In this document: positions 62,251 to 64,000 of the stretch, in pieces
How positions within the stretch are numbered: position 1 is the stretch's first letter
How the letters are laid out: each line of letters starts with the position of its first letter
Assembly (NCBI RefSeq): GCF_006345805.1
Contig: NC_043015.1
Coordinates: 14,942,001-15,006,000 of the forward strand
DNA: 64,000 bases
Direction of reading: 5' to 3'
Origin: Octopus sinensis
Taxonomy: Eukaryota
Notes under the pieces: generated by a model
Seen by the model: only the letters and a program-made list of their open reading frames with translations
The model's database searches: none
Told to the model about the DNA's origin: nothing
Program-made: the position numbers and the translations under genes

Positions 62251-63329
62251 TAACTTTAATCCAAAATATGAACGGGCCTGTAAGTGTAAGGCAAAAAAAA
62301 ATTACATAAAATTTGTCTCTGGATTTTCTTTCATATTCAAATTGTGAATATTAAGTTAAAAATGAAATTGCAGATAATCAGCATCATTTCTACTTTGGTT
62401 ATACCCCCATGGTTATACTTTCAGAAATAAACAAGCTTTGTTTTTAAAAACAAGCATATTTTGTGTATGTCAATTGTCCCAAGATCACTAATTTGTAGCA
62501 GCAGTAGAGAAGCTATCCCTGAGCATCCATTTTTCAAATAGCTGTTAAATACTTACTGCTGAAAACAGTCAATACTCTCATACACTTTCAATCTGTTGAA
62601 CACAATCAATACATTGGTATAGTTTTACTCTTAAAGAAATAAGTTCCTGATTCATTATACTATTTAACAAAATATTAACTTTTTTTTTGTCTGTCTTTGG
62701 TTAATAAGTTTTATTTCCTATTTGCTTCTATCTAGAAATCAAAGGAAATGACTGCTTTTCCCTTCAAACTTTGCTTTTCTGACTTGGACATCAACATTTT
62801 GAAACTCACCTATTTTCCATTACATTTCAGACAGATTCAGCACTGAGCTGCTGAAGCGGAAATATCATTATAGCAAATATTCTGGTCAATACCACAAATT
62901 TGCTTGTCAGTTGCTTGATCTTAACCACTTGAGCATGTCCCTTAGTGACTAACAATATGTGCATCTCTTATTATAAGCAGGAGTAGTTAGGGAGCATCAT
63001 AGCCATGTGTTGAGAGGAATTCTTTGGGGTTTGAATAAATGTAAGAAATGCAAAATTTGAAGGAAATAGGTATTTTTCATGCTTTCTAGAAGTAAGCAAA
63101 TAGGAAATGATAGTTCTTACCCAAGGACAAAAATCGTGTTACACAGTGTTATCATATCTCCCAAGCAGTTCAAAACTCAAAATCAAAGTAGCCATTCTTG
63201 CTAAGAATTCTCCGAAAACGTTTTATTTTCTCTCTCAGGGTAGCATCTATGTGATATTGTGTTGGTGTCGTGGTATTGTTGACCTCTTAGGAAATGGGGA
63301 GAAAAAAACAATAGAATGCCCAGAAGTGG

Positions 63330-63650
63330 CTATATGATAAGAAGCTTGCTTCCCAATTACATGGTTGTGGAACTAGTTCCACTGTGTGGCACCTTGGGCA
63401 GGTGTCTTCTACTTGATAGCTTTGGACCAACCGAAGCCTTGTGAACAGATTTGGTAGACAGAACCTGAAAGAAGCATATTGTATACACACACATATATCC
63501 CCCACAATTGCTTGACAACCATTGTTGGTGTGTCCCCTGTAACTTAGCTGTTCAGCAAAAGAGACTAATAGAATAAGTACCAGGCTTTAAAAAAAAAAGT
63601 ACTTGGGTCAATCCAACATTGTCACAATCTAATGGCTGAAACAAGAATAA
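63330..63650 (+). mobile_element. SINE family A (another head starts at ~63918)
   Basis: Family-A blocks. Confidence 0.85.
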
Positions 63651-64000
63651 AACTTTATTACAGTGTTGATGAAAATACCATATAAATAATTTTAAAACCT
63701 AGATCTATAAATATATAAATAGTTTATCCAGAAAGAGTTGGGGGTATAAAAGTCCATAACAAACTGCAGCAGGTGTAGCCTTCACTAAGTGACAATTTTC
63801 ATCATTTTTAGGCAACCTTATTCTTAATATGTGCTTGCCACAAACATATGTTTAAAATAAACTAATCAAACTGACTTTTTCTGGTACAATAATTAAAATG
63901 CTAATTGGAGAATTGGCAGGCACAGGAGTGGCTGTGTGGTAAGTAGCTTGCTTACCAAACACATGGTTGAAATAAAAGAATAACTAATTCATCTTTTGAT

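Noticed and set aside
62820-62955. Exon-like frame RFSTELLKRKYHYSKYSG after a strong acceptor
   Set aside because: The sequence resembles an interspersed repeat I recognise from octopus DNA and has no good donor; this is not verified by search.

Overview
AT-rich, repeat-saturated eukaryotic DNA. The SINE families and the (TA)n/(CA)n/(TACA)n/(TAA)n load look like a coleoid cephalopod (Octopus-type) genome; this is an inference from recognised repeats. Only one host protein-coding region is recognisable: a Rap2-subfamily small GTPase whose CDS lies in one exon (30049-30591, +). It sits in a CpG-retaining domain of about 27.4-34.6 kb and has a perfect splice donor 6 nt after its stop codon. The rest is mostly transposable elements. 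These are a young RTE-clade LINE with a PHD finger inserted after the RT core, a full-length DD34D mariner nested two levels deep in a SINE, and relics of R4/Dong, HERO-like, CR1, RTE, I-group and Penelope-like elements. There are also maT, Tigger, piggyBac-type, hAT and mariner MITEs, and many tRNA-derived SINE copies. Non-coding highlights are two Penelope-type minimal hammerhead motifs, several long palindromes or local inverted duplications, and candidate micro-exons downstream of Rap2. No CRISPR array, rRNA or true tRNA gene was seen. Most short ORFs in the supplied track are microsatellite artefacts.
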